IMG/VR virus record: IMGVR_UViG_3300043399_000596
Length of the DNA stretch: 64,000 bases
Source of the DNA: a virus
Lineage: Duplodnaviria; Heunggongvirae; Uroviricota; Caudoviricetes
Reading direction: 5' to 3' (one strand)
The translations under genes and the position numbers were made by a program. The notes beneath the pieces were generated by a model. It was not told the DNA's origin. It saw nothing but the letters and a program-made list of their open reading frames with translations, and did no database searches. Positions 1-9,531 of this stretch are shown here, piece after piece; position 1 is the first letter of the stretch; each line of letters opens with the position of its first letter.

Positions 1-5
1 TCAAT

Positions 6-206
6 TTGAATGAAAATGCTATCAGTATACTCAAGTGGGCAGAAAAGAAAATGCAGGAAGAAGCGGACCTAAATAGATTAGCTGAGTCTAGTCCTGCTAT
101 CAAAGACTTAGTTAACCAAATGAATAGTAGTATTGCATCATATAAGCATAAAATTGATATGGTTAAAACGCTAATTAGAGAAGAAGAAAAAGTTGGAACA
201 AGTTAA
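6..206 (+). CDS. hypothetical protein (may be 5'-truncated at window edge)
   Basis: ORF track; charged, coiled-coil-like sequence; no recognisable motif. Confidence 0.3.
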   Translation: MNENAISILKWAEKKMQEEADLNRLAESSPAIKDLVNQMNSSIASYKHKIDMVKTLIREEEKVGTS

Positions 207-1779
207 TCTATCTAAAGCACATGATCCTGAATGGGCACTGTTTTTACCGGCAGTGTCTAGTTTCTATATTGCTGGCCTGGGTAAACAACGATCAGGCGAA
301 CAATACTTTGATGCAAATCGCATACCTCAGAGTTTTAATGGTGATGTAGAAAAGTTAAATTTTCTAAACGAAAAGGAAGGTCTGTACACTTATAAATGGG
401 GTCTGTATTCTGCAGGACATGCTAACTTAGATGTAACTGTCACAGATCCTGCAGAAAGTATTATTCGTGATCGTGACCGTCAAAATACATTTTTGTTAGG
501 TGACTCTGGTGGATTTCAGATTCTCAAGTGTCAGTGGCCTGCTGATTGGAAGGATCCTAATTGTCCACGAGCCATGAAGAAACGTAAAGAAGTTTTGACA
601 TGGATGGATACTTACATGGATTATGGTATGTGTCTAGATATCCCTTCACAATCTCTAACTACATATCATATCAAAGATCCAAAGACTGGCAAATCTGCCC
701 ACGGTATTAGCACTATTGAAGAAGCTATTAGTGCTACGCATATTAATAATGAATATTTCATTAAACATCGAAATGGTAATTGCAAATTTTTGAATGTGTT
801 GCAAGGTAGAAATCATGACCAATCTGATAGTTGGTATGATGAAATGAAAAAATATTGCGATCCTAACATCTATCCTGAGACCCACTTTAACGGATGGGCA
901 TTCGGGGGTCAAAATAAAATTGACATGCATTTGATGTTGCGCCGTCTTGTTAATATCATACATGATGGATTGTTGCAACCCGGCAAGCATGATTTGATTC
1001 ACTGCTTGGGTGTAAGTATTTTGGAATATGCTGTTCTCTTTTCTGATATTCAACGTGCTATTCGTAAATATCATAATCCAAATCTAAGAATCACGTATGA
1101 CTGTGCTAGCCCATTCTTTAGTGCGGCTAAGGGATTGATCTATTTCAACAACAGTTTTGAACATAGAAAGAAATGGTCATACAGTATGGAAAAGACCGCT
1201 GAGAGTAAGAACTACGGAGTTAGCGCAAATGGTGCTCCGGGCGGTGATCAACGCAAATTTAGTGATGCATGTCTACAAGACGGTGTACACAAAATCTTTA
1301 CTGATAGTCCAGTTACTGATATGCTAAAAATGAAAGATGTATGTTACCGAGGTCAAGGATTTATTAACCAACAAGGTAAAGAGACAAAAACATCTTGGGA
1401 TACGTTGAGTTACACACTAGTTCAAAGCCATAATGTATATCAACACATTGTTGCAGTGCAGGAAGCGAATCGCAAATATGAACAAGGTGTGAGACCTAAA
1501 ATGGTTATGCACAAACTGGATGACTGTCATTTTGGTGATATTATCGATGAGATTTTTAGCCTAAATGATAGACAAAGAAGTCTAGATTTAATAGACTCAC
1601 ATAGTTCCTTGTGGATGCAAATGCAATCCGGAAGTCAAGGAATTAGTGGTAAGAAAACAATTAATGTTATGACTACCTGGGATAAACTTTTCGTTGAAAA
1701 AGACACTTATGAAGATTCTTCACCAGAAGAAGAACTGGAAGACAGTGACGATGCAATGAAAGACGTATTAGGAGAATGA
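193..1779 (+). CDS. dpdA: tRNA-guanine transglycosylase (TGT)-family protein, DpdA-like 7-deazaguanine DNA transglycosylase
   Basis: 528-aa ORF carrying the TGT catalytic loop 'LLGDSGGFQILK' (DSGGFQ Asp nucleophile motif); lies in a cluster with folE/queD/queE. Confidence 0.6.
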   Translation: MEQVNLSKAHDPEWALFLPAVSSFYIAGLGKQRSGEQYFDANRIPQSFNGDVEKLNFLNEKEGLYTYKWGLYSAGHANLDVTVTDPAESIIRDRDRQNTFLLGDSGGFQILKCQWPADWKDPNCPRAMKKRKEVLTWMDTYMDYGMCLDIPSQSLTTYHIKDPKTGKSAHGISTIEEAISATHINNEYFIKHRNGNCKFLNVLQGRNHDQSDSWYDEMKKYCDPNIYPETHFNGWAFGGQNKIDMHLMLRRLVNIIHDGLLQPGKHDLIHCLGVSILEYAVLFSDIQRAIRKYHNPNLRITYDCASPFFSAAKGLIYFNNSFEHRKKWSYSMEKTAESKNYGVSANGAPGGDQRKFSDACLQDGVHKIFTDSPVTDMLKMKDVCYRGQGFINQQGKETKTSWDTLSYTLVQSHNVYQHIVAVQEANRKYEQGVRPKMVMHKLDDCHFGDIIDEIFSLNDRQRSLDLIDSHSSLWMQMQSGSQGISGKKTINVMTTWDKLFVEKDTYEDSSPEEELEDSDDAMKDVLGE

Positions 1780-1780
1780 T

Positions 1781-1993
1781 ATGCCATATAAAAGTAGAAT
1801 CAAGACTTTGGAAGAATCTCATAGATTAGTAGATAATCAATTGTTCCAATTAGAGAAGTCAGGAGTAGGAGATTCTGATAAAATACAAAAACTACGAGAG
1901 ACAAAACAAAAGTATCTCAGTGAATTACAACAACTACGCCGCGCACAATGGGACTATGACCATGAGCGTGTAGACTTTGATGATGATCGCTAA
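1781..1993 (+). CDS. hypothetical small protein
   Basis: ORF track; ATGA-type coupling with neighbours; coiled-coil-like. Confidence 0.35.
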   Translation: MPYKSRIKTLEESHRLVDNQLFQLEKSGVGDSDKIQKLRETKQKYLSELQQLRRAQWDYDHERVDFDDDR

Positions 1994-2186
1994 TACTGCT
2001 GTAATGACTTTGGATCAAGAATCCAATATCACGTTGAATACTAATACTACTGAAATGCTACGGATTAGCAAAGATGGGTTTTATGTTCGCGGAGTTAGGG
2101 TAAATCAAGATGAAAAAGAAGCGGAAATAGTGTACAATACATTTCATCAGTGGTTAACATGGGCAACACTTAATAGGAATTACTAA
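1977..2186 (+). CDS. hypothetical small protein
   Basis: ORF track, co-directional tight packing. Confidence 0.3.
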   Translation: MMMIANTAVMTLDQESNITLNTNTTEMLRISKDGFYVRGVRVNQDEKEAEIVYNTFHQWLTWATLNRNY

Positions 2187-2638
2187 TGGAACAACGTGAA
2201 CAAGCACTTGCAGAACAACGTGCAAGAATCAAAGACAAAGCCAAACGAATGATTTGGGTAACCTTCAACAAAGAAGGTATCCATCGCTACCCAGCAGCAT
2301 CTACTGACCCGAAACTTGCAACGGGTGATGAGTATGATGTTAGCTTTTTGGGTATGCCACACAGACATATTTTCCACTTCACTGTGGGGATTCAAGTATT
2401 TCATAATGACCGTGATATTGAGTTCATCCAGTTCAAACGCTGGCTTGAGAACCTTTACAAAGAAGGTACTCTGGAACTTAATTTCAAGTCATGTGAAATG
2501 ATTAGTGATGATCTTTACGAACAAATCGCTAGTCGCTATACAGGGCGTGACGTTGAAATCAGTGTTTCCGAAGACAATGAGAACGGCGCCACAATCTGTT
2601 ATAATACAACTCAACCTTATCAACAACTCGCTATTTAA
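2186..2638 (+). CDS. hypothetical protein
   Basis: 150-aa ORF, start overlaps upstream stop; no motif recognised. Confidence 0.4.
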   Translation: MEQREQALAEQRARIKDKAKRMIWVTFNKEGIHRYPAASTDPKLATGDEYDVSFLGMPHRHIFHFTVGIQVFHNDRDIEFIQFKRWLENLYKEGTLELNFKSCEMISDDLYEQIASRYTGRDVEISVSEDNENGATICYNTTQPYQQLAI

Positions 2639-2652
2639 AGGAAATATTAAAA

Positions 2653-2865
2653 ATGGCAAAACCTAAACTTACTGGCACTTTTAGTACCGAACATCAAATC
2701 TTCACTGATTTGGAAAATTACAAAGAATTTTGTGTAGATTTCGGTTATAAGTGGGACGAATCAACTTTGTATGACATGCGAAGTTTCTCATATCGTCAAT
2801 TCCAGAAAAAGACTTCAGGTAAAGAAGCAAAAAACAATTGGGATGATTTAGTCAAGGAAGTATGA
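2653..2865 (+). CDS. hypothetical small protein
   Basis: ORF track; ATGA overlap with next gene. Confidence 0.35.
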   Translation: MAKPKLTGTFSTEHQIFTDLENYKEFCVDFGYKWDESTLYDMRSFSYRQFQKKTSGKEAKNNWDDLVKEV

Positions 2866-3629
2866 AAATAGTATTGGTCACTGGTGGATTCGATCCAATT
2901 CATAGCGGTCACATTGAATATTTTCGTGCTGCTAGAAATTTAGGTGATCAACTAATCGTCGGCTTAAATAGTGACGAATGGTTGGCTCGTAAGAAGGGCC
3001 AACCTTTTATGCCATTATCTGAGCGCAGAACGATAGTTGGTAATCTAAAAGACGTTACTGCAACAATGGTATATAATGATGATGACAACTCAAGCTGTAA
3101 TGCAATTGAAGAATTGCTAAATCATTGTGGACCAAATGATGAAGTAATCTTTGCTAATGGTGGTGATCGCACAAAGGAAAACATTCCTGAAATGCGTATA
3201 TCTGATCCTAGAGTTAAGTTTGTTTTCAGTGTCGGTGGTGACAATAAAATGAATTCTAGTAGTTGGATCTTGCGTGAATGGAAGAATCCAAAAACTGAAA
3301 GACAATGGGGTTACTATCGTGTATTGCATGATGTACCTGGATGCAAAGTAAAAGAACTTACAGTAGAGCCGGGTAAAAAACTGAGTATGCAAAAACACTT
3401 CAAACGAAATGAATACTGGTTAGTTAGTGAAGGTAAATGTGAAGTATTATCTATGATGAACAATGGATACAGACTTCCAACTAAGATGCTAGAACAACAT
3501 AATTCTTATAATATTTCAGCAGGTGATTGGCATCAGCTAAGTAATCCATATACAGAACCTTGTCGTATTGTAGAGATTCAATACGGTGAAGCATGTATTG
3601 AAGAAGATATTGAAAGAAAAGATGCGTAA
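2862..3629 (+). CDS. sugar-phosphate nucleotidyltransferase (cytidylyltransferase-like, RfaE-II/TagD type) fused to a C-terminal cupin domain
   Basis: N-terminus 'VLVTGGFDPIHSGHIEYFRAARNLGDQLIVGLNSD' is the HxGH nucleotidyltransferase signature; C-terminal 'G..S.Q.H..R.E.W.V..G' cupin-like beta-barrel pattern. Confidence 0.6.
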   Translation: MKIVLVTGGFDPIHSGHIEYFRAARNLGDQLIVGLNSDEWLARKKGQPFMPLSERRTIVGNLKDVTATMVYNDDDNSSCNAIEELLNHCGPNDEVIFANGGDRTKENIPEMRISDPRVKFVFSVGGDNKMNSSSWILREWKNPKTERQWGYYRVLHDVPGCKVKELTVEPGKKLSMQKHFKRNEYWLVSEGKCEVLSMMNNGYRLPTKMLEQHNSYNISAGDWHQLSNPYTEPCRIVEIQYGEACIEEDIERKDA

Positions 3630-4809
3630 ACTATATTACATGGGTCTTGAGCCCTATAAAGCACGTTACACACTGCAACTAACAGAGTGGAATGAACGTG
3701 TGTTTAAACGCCGCGGCATTGATTATGTAGTTGTGCCCGGAGATACACTTTCAACTGACCAACAAATCGTAACAGGTCAAGTGCTTGACGCACATGGTCG
3801 TAGTTACTTTGGTATGAGTCAGTTGATGAATCTTGTTAAATTGATGAAGGAAGGACAGGTAACCAGTGAAGATGTTATCTATTTTGAAGACATGTTCCAA
3901 CCGGGCTTTGAAAGTTTGCCTTATATTCTTAATCAAGTGCCTGAGTCACATCGTCCGAGAATTTATGTACGTTGTTTGGCACAATCAATTGATCCTGACG
4001 ATTTTGTTCACGTTTGGGGAATGTCACGTTGGATGGGGTCGTATGAACAGATGGTATGTGAAGCAGTACAGCAATCTAATGGCGGTATTCTCGCAACTAA
4101 CGAAGAAATGGTCATGCACATGAAGATTGCAGGTTGGGAAGCTCCGATCTACAATATCAGTGGTCTAGCATTTAGTAAAGATGAAGTACGTGAACGTGTA
4201 GGACAAATAATTCCGTTTGGTGAACGCAAGCATCGAGTTGTGTTCAGTGCTCGTTGGGATCAAGAAAAACAACCTGATTTCTATATGGATCTAATAGAAG
4301 AATTTTACAAACGTCATCCAAATCGTTATGTAGAATTTGCTATTTGCAGTGGTGCGAAATTGCGTAGTAACAACGATAGTTATATGCAACGTACTAGGAA
4401 AATGATTGATGAAGGTAAAATTAAACTATACGAGGATCTAGGAAAAAATGATTACTACAGTATCGTTAACGATAGCCGTGTAGTTTTTAATTGTGCATTG
4501 CAAGACTGGGTATCTAATACAGTATCAGAAGCTGACGCCCTGGGTTGCAACGTGCTATATCCTGCTTATCGTAGCTTTCCAGAATCTTTTGCTAATGATG
4601 CAGAAAGGTTGTATATCCCCTGGTCTATAAACGATGCAATCGATAAGTTAGAAAAACTACTTGAGAAACCACATCACAATATTGGGAAAATAAGTGACTG
4701 GACTAATTTGACAGTAGACAGGATCTGTGATATAATCGAGGGGCGAGGCGAGCAATATTTGCGTATGTCTACCGATTATCGCAAACACACTAGAGAAGCA
4801 AAATATTAA
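3586..4809 (+). CDS. putative GT-B glycosyltransferase (GT4-like), paralog of 10161..11495
   Basis: Shared block 'VVFSARWDQEKQPDFYMDLIEEF' vs 'VLFVGRWEEGKNPELFIDLIEQT' matches the GT4 'GRl..eKg...li.a' C-terminal motif. Confidence 0.4.
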   Translation: MKHVLKKILKEKMRKLYYMGLEPYKARYTLQLTEWNERVFKRRGIDYVVVPGDTLSTDQQIVTGQVLDAHGRSYFGMSQLMNLVKLMKEGQVTSEDVIYFEDMFQPGFESLPYILNQVPESHRPRIYVRCLAQSIDPDDFVHVWGMSRWMGSYEQMVCEAVQQSNGGILATNEEMVMHMKIAGWEAPIYNISGLAFSKDEVRERVGQIIPFGERKHRVVFSARWDQEKQPDFYMDLIEEFYKRHPNRYVEFAICSGAKLRSNNDSYMQRTRKMIDEGKIKLYEDLGKNDYYSIVNDSRVVFNCALQDWVSNTVSEADALGCNVLYPAYRSFPESFANDAERLYIPWSINDAIDKLEKLLEKPHHNIGKISDWTNLTVDRICDIIEGRGEQYLRMSTDYRKHTREAKY

Positions 4810-4819
4810 GGAGAAAACT

Positions 4820-5014
4820 ATGTCAGCACATGACGATATTAAAACACACTTGGCAGCATACGAAGCCGAAAATGAAAAGTTCAACAAAGGTAATGCAGCA
4901 GCAGGCACCCGTGCCCGTAAAGCACTAGCAGAGTTGGCAAAGGCTGTTAAAGCACGCCGTAATGAAATTACAGCAGAAAAAGCTGCAAGAGCAGAAGCAA
5001 AAGCAAAGGCCTAA
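4820..5014 (+). CDS. small Ala/Lys-rich basic (histone H1-like) protein
   Basis: 64 aa; 'ARKALAELAKAVKARR...AEKAARAEAKAKA'; strong SD 'aaggagaaaactATG'. Confidence 0.45.
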   Translation: MSAHDDIKTHLAAYEAENEKFNKGNAAAGTRARKALAELAKAVKARRNEITAEKAARAEAKAKA

Positions 5015-5016
5015 TC

Positions 5017-5289
5017 ATGGCAACTCGCAAAAAGAAAGAATCAGTGAAACTGACTATTCCTAATGCGATCGGTGCGGCAAAAATCGAAGTAGGTACACAC
5101 TTAACTGTTTATACCTACGATGATGGTCGCACCGAATTACTTTGGGACGATGAACAACTTCTTAAAGAGGTTCGTGAAGCGATTGCTAGTGTCGAAACAA
5201 ACAAAAAAACAGTAGCTAAAAAGGCTCCTGAAAAGAAAGTAGCTGCAAAAACACCAGCAGAAAAGACAACTAAAAAAGCAAAAGCATAA
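5017..5289 (+). CDS. small protein with Lys/Ala/Pro-rich basic C-terminal tail
   Basis: C-terminus 'KKTVAKKAPEKKVAAKTPAEKTTKKAKA' resembles H1/AlgP-type tails. Confidence 0.45.
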   Translation: MATRKKKESVKLTIPNAIGAAKIEVGTHLTVYTYDDGRTELLWDDEQLLKEVREAIASVETNKKTVAKKAPEKKVAAKTPAEKTTKKAKA

Positions 5290-5308
5290 ATAAGTATGTC
5301 ACACAACG

Positions 5309-6037
5309 GTGACAACAACTCAATTTTCATATCCGCGTAAGGAAGGATTCTATATGTCTTATAACAAAACAAAAACCGATCCCGAATTGGGTCAAAAAGT
5401 ACACGAACATCTAGTTAAGATGGGTGTTGAAACTCCGATCAAAGAACATAAAATGGTTCCAGATAGGAAAGCAAAGATTGAAGTAATTGAAAAACTCTTT
5501 GCTGATATCATGAAAACCCTTGATTTAGACTTGACTGATGATAGTCTAATTGAAACACCTAAGCGTGTTGCTAAGATGTATGTTAACGAAATTTTCTGGG
5601 GTTTAGATTATGAAGCATTCCCAAAATGCACGACTGTGGATAATAAGATGCAGTATAATGAAATGGTCGTGGAGCGTAACGTGTCCGTCCAAAGCAATTG
5701 CGAACATCATTTTGTCGTTATTGACGGTTTGGCAACTGTTGCTTATGTTCCTAAGCAAAGAGTACTCGGTCTGTCAAAGATCAACCGAATCGTGGAATAC
5801 TTCTCTAAGCGACCTCAAATACAAGAGCGACTTACTGAACAAATCTTCCACACGTTACAGTACATTCTAGACACCGAAGATGTAGCAGTTATGATTGACG
5901 CACAACACTATTGTGTGAAATCAAGGGGCGTGGAAGATACAGGTAGTTCTACTGTAACAGTTCGTTTGGGTGGCGGATTCAAAAACGATCCAGCAGCACG
6001 AAATGAATTCTTGTCTATCGCTAGGATGGGCAAATGA
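5309..6037 (+). CDS. folE: GTP cyclohydrolase I
   Basis: Conserved FolE core 'CEHHFVVIDGLATVAYVPKQRVLGLSKINRIVEYFSKRPQIQERLTEQI'. Confidence 0.85.
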   Translation: MTTTQFSYPRKEGFYMSYNKTKTDPELGQKVHEHLVKMGVETPIKEHKMVPDRKAKIEVIEKLFADIMKTLDLDLTDDSLIETPKRVAKMYVNEIFWGLDYEAFPKCTTVDNKMQYNEMVVERNVSVQSNCEHHFVVIDGLATVAYVPKQRVLGLSKINRIVEYFSKRPQIQERLTEQIFHTLQYILDTEDVAVMIDAQHYCVKSRGVEDTGSSTVTVRLGGGFKNDPAARNEFLSIARMGK

Positions 6038-6155
6038 CCTTATTTATTATTTTAATATCAGTAGCAATCGCTATATCAATTGTTCGTAGATTGCCCGGTG
6101 GTTGCACTGGTGATTGTAATCAAGGTCGTAGACCATGTAACTGCAATAAAAAATA

Positions 6156-6416
6156 ATGAATAGAAGTCCCTTCAGAACCAAAGAAGAAGCAATCGAATTC
6201 TTGCAACGAATCGGTATGAAGAAACGCAGGGTACTTGAAGGTGAAGAGCGTGACCAAATACTAACAGTATTAGCTTTAATAGGACCCACAGATGTTAGTA
6301 ATAATCAACGAACATTTACTGAAACATACCATCACGCAGGCAAAGAATATGAAGTAACATATGGGTTCAGCGATGTAGGTCCTACCCCGTATGTAGAGGA
6401 AATTACAGAGTTATGA
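6156..6416 (+). CDS. hypothetical small protein
   Basis: ORF track; ATGA overlap with next gene. Confidence 0.35.
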   Translation: MNRSPFRTKEEAIEFLQRIGMKKRRVLEGEERDQILTVLALIGPTDVSNNQRTFTETYHHAGKEYEVTYGFSDVGPTPYVEEITEL

Positions 6417-6886
6417 TTTTCAACCATGTTAAAAAACTTAAACAAGAAGGTAAAAGAATTGGTATCACGTTTAGCACATTTGATTTGCTACATGCGGGAC
6501 ACATTGCGATGCTTAGTGAAGCGAAAAACCACTGTGACTACCTCATATGCGGGCTACAAACAGACCCCACTATCGATAGGCCAGACACTAAAAACAAACC
6601 TATACAAAGTATTGTTGAACGTCAGATACAGTTGGCTGCTTGTAGATATGTTGATGAAGTTGTTGTTTACTCTACCGAACAAGACCTCGTGGACCTACTC
6701 CTTATACTGCCTGTGGATACAAGGATACTCGGTGTCGAGTATGCTGACAAAGAGTTCACTGGAAAAAATGAATGCACCCTTCGGGGGATAGAAATCGTGT
6801 ATAACGGCAGAGATCACTCCTTTAGTTCCAGTAGCCTCCGTAAACGTGTCTATGATAGTGAGTCCAACAAAAGGGGAAACCAATGA
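6413..6886 (+). CDS. cytidylyltransferase-family nucleotidyltransferase (TagD-like)
   Basis: 'IGITFSTFDLLHAGHIAMLSEAKNHCDYLICGLQTD' HxGH motif; 'RYVDEVVVY' matches glycerol-3-phosphate cytidylyltransferase. Confidence 0.55.
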   Translation: MIFNHVKKLKQEGKRIGITFSTFDLLHAGHIAMLSEAKNHCDYLICGLQTDPTIDRPDTKNKPIQSIVERQIQLAACRYVDEVVVYSTEQDLVDLLLILPVDTRILGVEYADKEFTGKNECTLRGIEIVYNGRDHSFSSSSLRKRVYDSESNKRGNQ

Positions 6887-7182
6887 ATGATTACAATCAT
6901 TTTGTCCAAAGATTCAGTGTCAAACATATTCAGGTAGTTCGTGACCGTAAGTTTGATACTATTAATTACAATTACAATCAACCTGCAAGTTATTACGCTG
7001 ACCGCGAAGAACTAATTGAAATAGAACTTACACGTAGTGGGTTTGAAAATTTGGTCAAGATAGATAGTGAATACACTAGATTATGGCAAGACCAAAGTGA
7101 TGAAAAATGGTTACACAAACAATATCCAGCGTTGAAAGATGCATATGATAAGTACCAAACATTATTGGCACTTTACAAATAA
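6883..7182 (+). CDS. hypothetical protein
   Basis: ORF track; ATGA overlap with upstream gene. Confidence 0.35.
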   Translation: MNDYNHFVQRFSVKHIQVVRDRKFDTINYNYNQPASYYADREELIEIELTRSGFENLVKIDSEYTRLWQDQSDEKWLHKQYPALKDAYDKYQTLLALYK

Positions 7183-7267
7183 AAATGGTAAATAAAGATA
7201 GCGGCCTCGGTCATCATCCCGCTTTACAAATTCTGCTGCCTATGTTAAACTAATATAGGAGAAAATT

Positions 7268-7756
7268 ATGACATATCGTGAAAAGAAATATCGCTCTACG
7301 AAAACTTATAGACAAATTGCGCCGTGCGCCTATCGTCAATGGCGTGCCGACTCGCATTGTAATCAGATCCATGGTTACGCATTCTCGTTCCATTTTGAAT
7401 TTGAGACAGATGATCTGGATGCTCGTAACTGGGCGTTTGACTATGGTGGACTCAGACCACTTAAAGATAAGCTCGAAGAATGGTTTGATCACACTTTATT
7501 GGTTGCTCAAGATGATCCTCATCGTGCAGAACTATTGCGTTTGGGTGAACTCGGTCTTGCTAAAATTACTGAGGTCGAAAAGACCGGATGTGAAGGACTT
7601 GCTGATTTTCTATACGAATATATCAATACGATATTCCTCCCCTCATGTGGAAAGACAGAGGCTGATAGACTTTGGTGCTGTAGAGTTGAAGTTCGTGAAA
7701 CTGACTCCAACATGGCAATGAGAGTTGGCCACAGAGAAGATAATGAATTCAATTGA
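7268..7756 (+). CDS. queD: 6-carboxy-5,6,7,8-tetrahydropterin synthase (QueD/PTPS family)
   Basis: 'CAYRQWRADSHCNQIHGYAFSFHFEFE' carries the CxxxHGH-type PTPS zinc motif; good SD 'taggagaaaattATG'. Confidence 0.7.
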   Translation: MTYREKKYRSTKTYRQIAPCAYRQWRADSHCNQIHGYAFSFHFEFETDDLDARNWAFDYGGLRPLKDKLEEWFDHTLLVAQDDPHRAELLRLGELGLAKITEVEKTGCEGLADFLYEYINTIFLPSCGKTEADRLWCCRVEVRETDSNMAMRVGHREDNEFN

Positions 7757-7927
7757 AAAAATTTGGGCTAGAGCCACCGGTCATCTAATGGGTAATACCG
7801 ACGATGACCGTCCGGATGTACCAATACTAACTTTGCGTGAAGCAAGAATCTCATTGTTCCTAAAAACTTTCTGGGTTGTTATACATGTGATAACATGCTT
7901 CTTTATTATTGCAAACACTATTAGGCA

Positions 7928-8215
7928 TTGGTAAATATGGATAGCCGAATTCAAGAAACGTTAGACATTTTACAAGAAGAATGTGCTGAGGTTATCGTTG
8001 AGGTTAGCAAGTGCCGAAGATTCGGGCTTGCTAGCAAACATTATAAAACCGGATTAGAACATTCTATAATGTTGGAAAATGAAATAGGTGATGTACTTGC
8101 TATGGTTGACATTCTACTAGAACAGGGTGTAATATCACAATCAAACTTAGACATTGCTAAGCAAAATAAAAAAGAAAAACTGAAGAAGTGGTCAAACATC
8201 TATGTCACAAATTAA
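7928..8215 (+). CDS. possible MazG-like all-alpha NTP pyrophosphohydrolase
   Basis: 'LQEECAEVIVEVSKCRRFG...ENEIGDVLAMVDILLEQ' resembles MazG EExxE/D helices; weak. Confidence 0.3.
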   Translation: MVNMDSRIQETLDILQEECAEVIVEVSKCRRFGLASKHYKTGLEHSIMLENEIGDVLAMVDILLEQGVISQSNLDIAKQNKKEKLKKWSNIYVTN

Positions 8216-9068
8216 AGTAGCAGAATTATTTTATAGTATCCAGGGTGAAGGTCGTTACATGGGCGTACCAAGCGTGTTCTTACGCACGTTTGGTTGCAAC
8301 TTTACATGCGGCGGTTTTGGAATGCCCGCGGGAACTATTAGTGAAGAAAGAAACAAGATTGACGCAGACAATATTAAAAATTATAAAGATTTGCCCCTCG
8401 TATCTACAGGATGCGATTCATATGCTAGTTGGGATGTTAGGTTTAAGCATCTTTCTCCTGTACTCAGTACTGATAGTCTTGCCGAAAGCATTACTGATAT
8501 TCTTCCTTTCAAAACTTGGCGTGAAGAACACTTGGTAATTACAGGCGGTGAACCATTACTGGGTTGGCAACGTGCTTATCCTGATTTGCTGAATCACGAA
8601 AAAATGCAGGATTTGAAAGAGTTGACGTTTGAAACAAACGGTACACAAGATTTGAGTAAAGAGTTCAGACACTATTTGTTGAACTGGACTTTGAATCCCC
8701 GCGGTACTCCTGGTGGTCGCCGAGGTCGTGATAGCTTGACATTCAGCGTAAGTCCTAAACTAAGTAACAGCGGTGAAAAATGGGAAGATGCAATTCGTCC
8801 TGATGTTATCATGCAGTATGAGGATGTTGGTTACACTTACTTAAAGTTCGTAGTAGCTATACATGATGATGTTGACGAAGCATTAGAAGCAACTAATGAG
8901 TATCGCAACGCAGGATTTAAAGGTCCTGTATATTTGATGCCAGTTGGTGGTGTAGAAAATGTCTATAGTCTTAATAATCGCAGAGTTGCAGATTTAGCAA
9001 TGAAGCATGGATTGCGTTATAGTGACAGACTTCAAGTTCCATTGTTTAAGAACGAGTGGGGTACATGA
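8202..9068 (+). CDS. queE: 7-carboxy-7-deazaguanine synthase (radical SAM)
   Basis: N-terminus 'FYSIQGEGRYMGVPSVFLRTFGCNFTCGGFG' is the QueE Cx14CxxC-type radical-SAM signature. Confidence 0.8.
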   Translation: MSQIKVAELFYSIQGEGRYMGVPSVFLRTFGCNFTCGGFGMPAGTISEERNKIDADNIKNYKDLPLVSTGCDSYASWDVRFKHLSPVLSTDSLAESITDILPFKTWREEHLVITGGEPLLGWQRAYPDLLNHEKMQDLKELTFETNGTQDLSKEFRHYLLNWTLNPRGTPGGRRGRDSLTFSVSPKLSNSGEKWEDAIRPDVIMQYEDVGYTYLKFVVAIHDDVDEALEATNEYRNAGFKGPVYLMPVGGVENVYSLNNRRVADLAMKHGLRYSDRLQVPLFKNEWGT

Positions 9069-9304
9069 TGCTTGATGGAGAAGTATCAGGAGCTCCGCGT
9101 GAAGAAGATTGGGGCTTAAACAAAGTACAAAACTGGAAGTACAAACTATGCTGGCGCCCTAATACTTGTTTTCTAACAGGAAAGCAACTATGGGGAAAGA
9201 AAGCCTATCACGGTGTTCGTATGATTACCGGTCCCGGAGATCCAGTATATGAAGATTACTGGATTGATAGAAACAAATTCATGTTATGGAAACTTACAAA
9301 ATGA
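9056..9304 (+). CDS. hypothetical small protein
   Basis: ORF track; overlaps queE stop. Confidence 0.3.
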   Translation: MGYMMLDGEVSGAPREEDWGLNKVQNWKYKLCWRPNTCFLTGKQLWGKKAYHGVRMITGPGDPVYEDYWIDRNKFMLWKLTK

Positions 9305-9528
9305 AACAAAAATTTAAAGAAATAGCACTAGAAGTGGGCGGTAGTCATTACCCAGATGTGGGTGGAGCATTACTAGAAAAATTCGGCGAAATGGTTGTAG
9401 AAGAATGTGTTAAAGTATTAGAGAACGGTGACTATAGAAAGGTTACCTATACTACTTTTGATGCTTGCTTTAATCCTAGAATTGTGCAAGAATGCATTAG
9501 ATTAATTAACGATACTTTTAAGGAGTAA
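9286..9528 (+). CDS. hypothetical small protein
   Basis: ORF track. Confidence 0.35.
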   Translation: METYKMKQKFKEIALEVGGSHYPDVGGALLEKFGEMVVEECVKVLENGDYRKVTYTTFDACFNPRIVQECIRLINDTFKE

Positions 9529-9531
9529 ATC

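Noticed and set aside
655-1074. Antisense ORFs inside the DpdA-like, nucleotidyltransferase, glycosyltransferase, UvdE, ligase, ClpX and DnaK genes (e.g. 655..1074, 3117..3398, 12308..12920, 29478..30313, 36707..37396, 38222..39577)
   Set aside because: They are nested within well-supported conserved genes on the opposite strand and lack RBSs. They are typical AT-rich antisense open frames.
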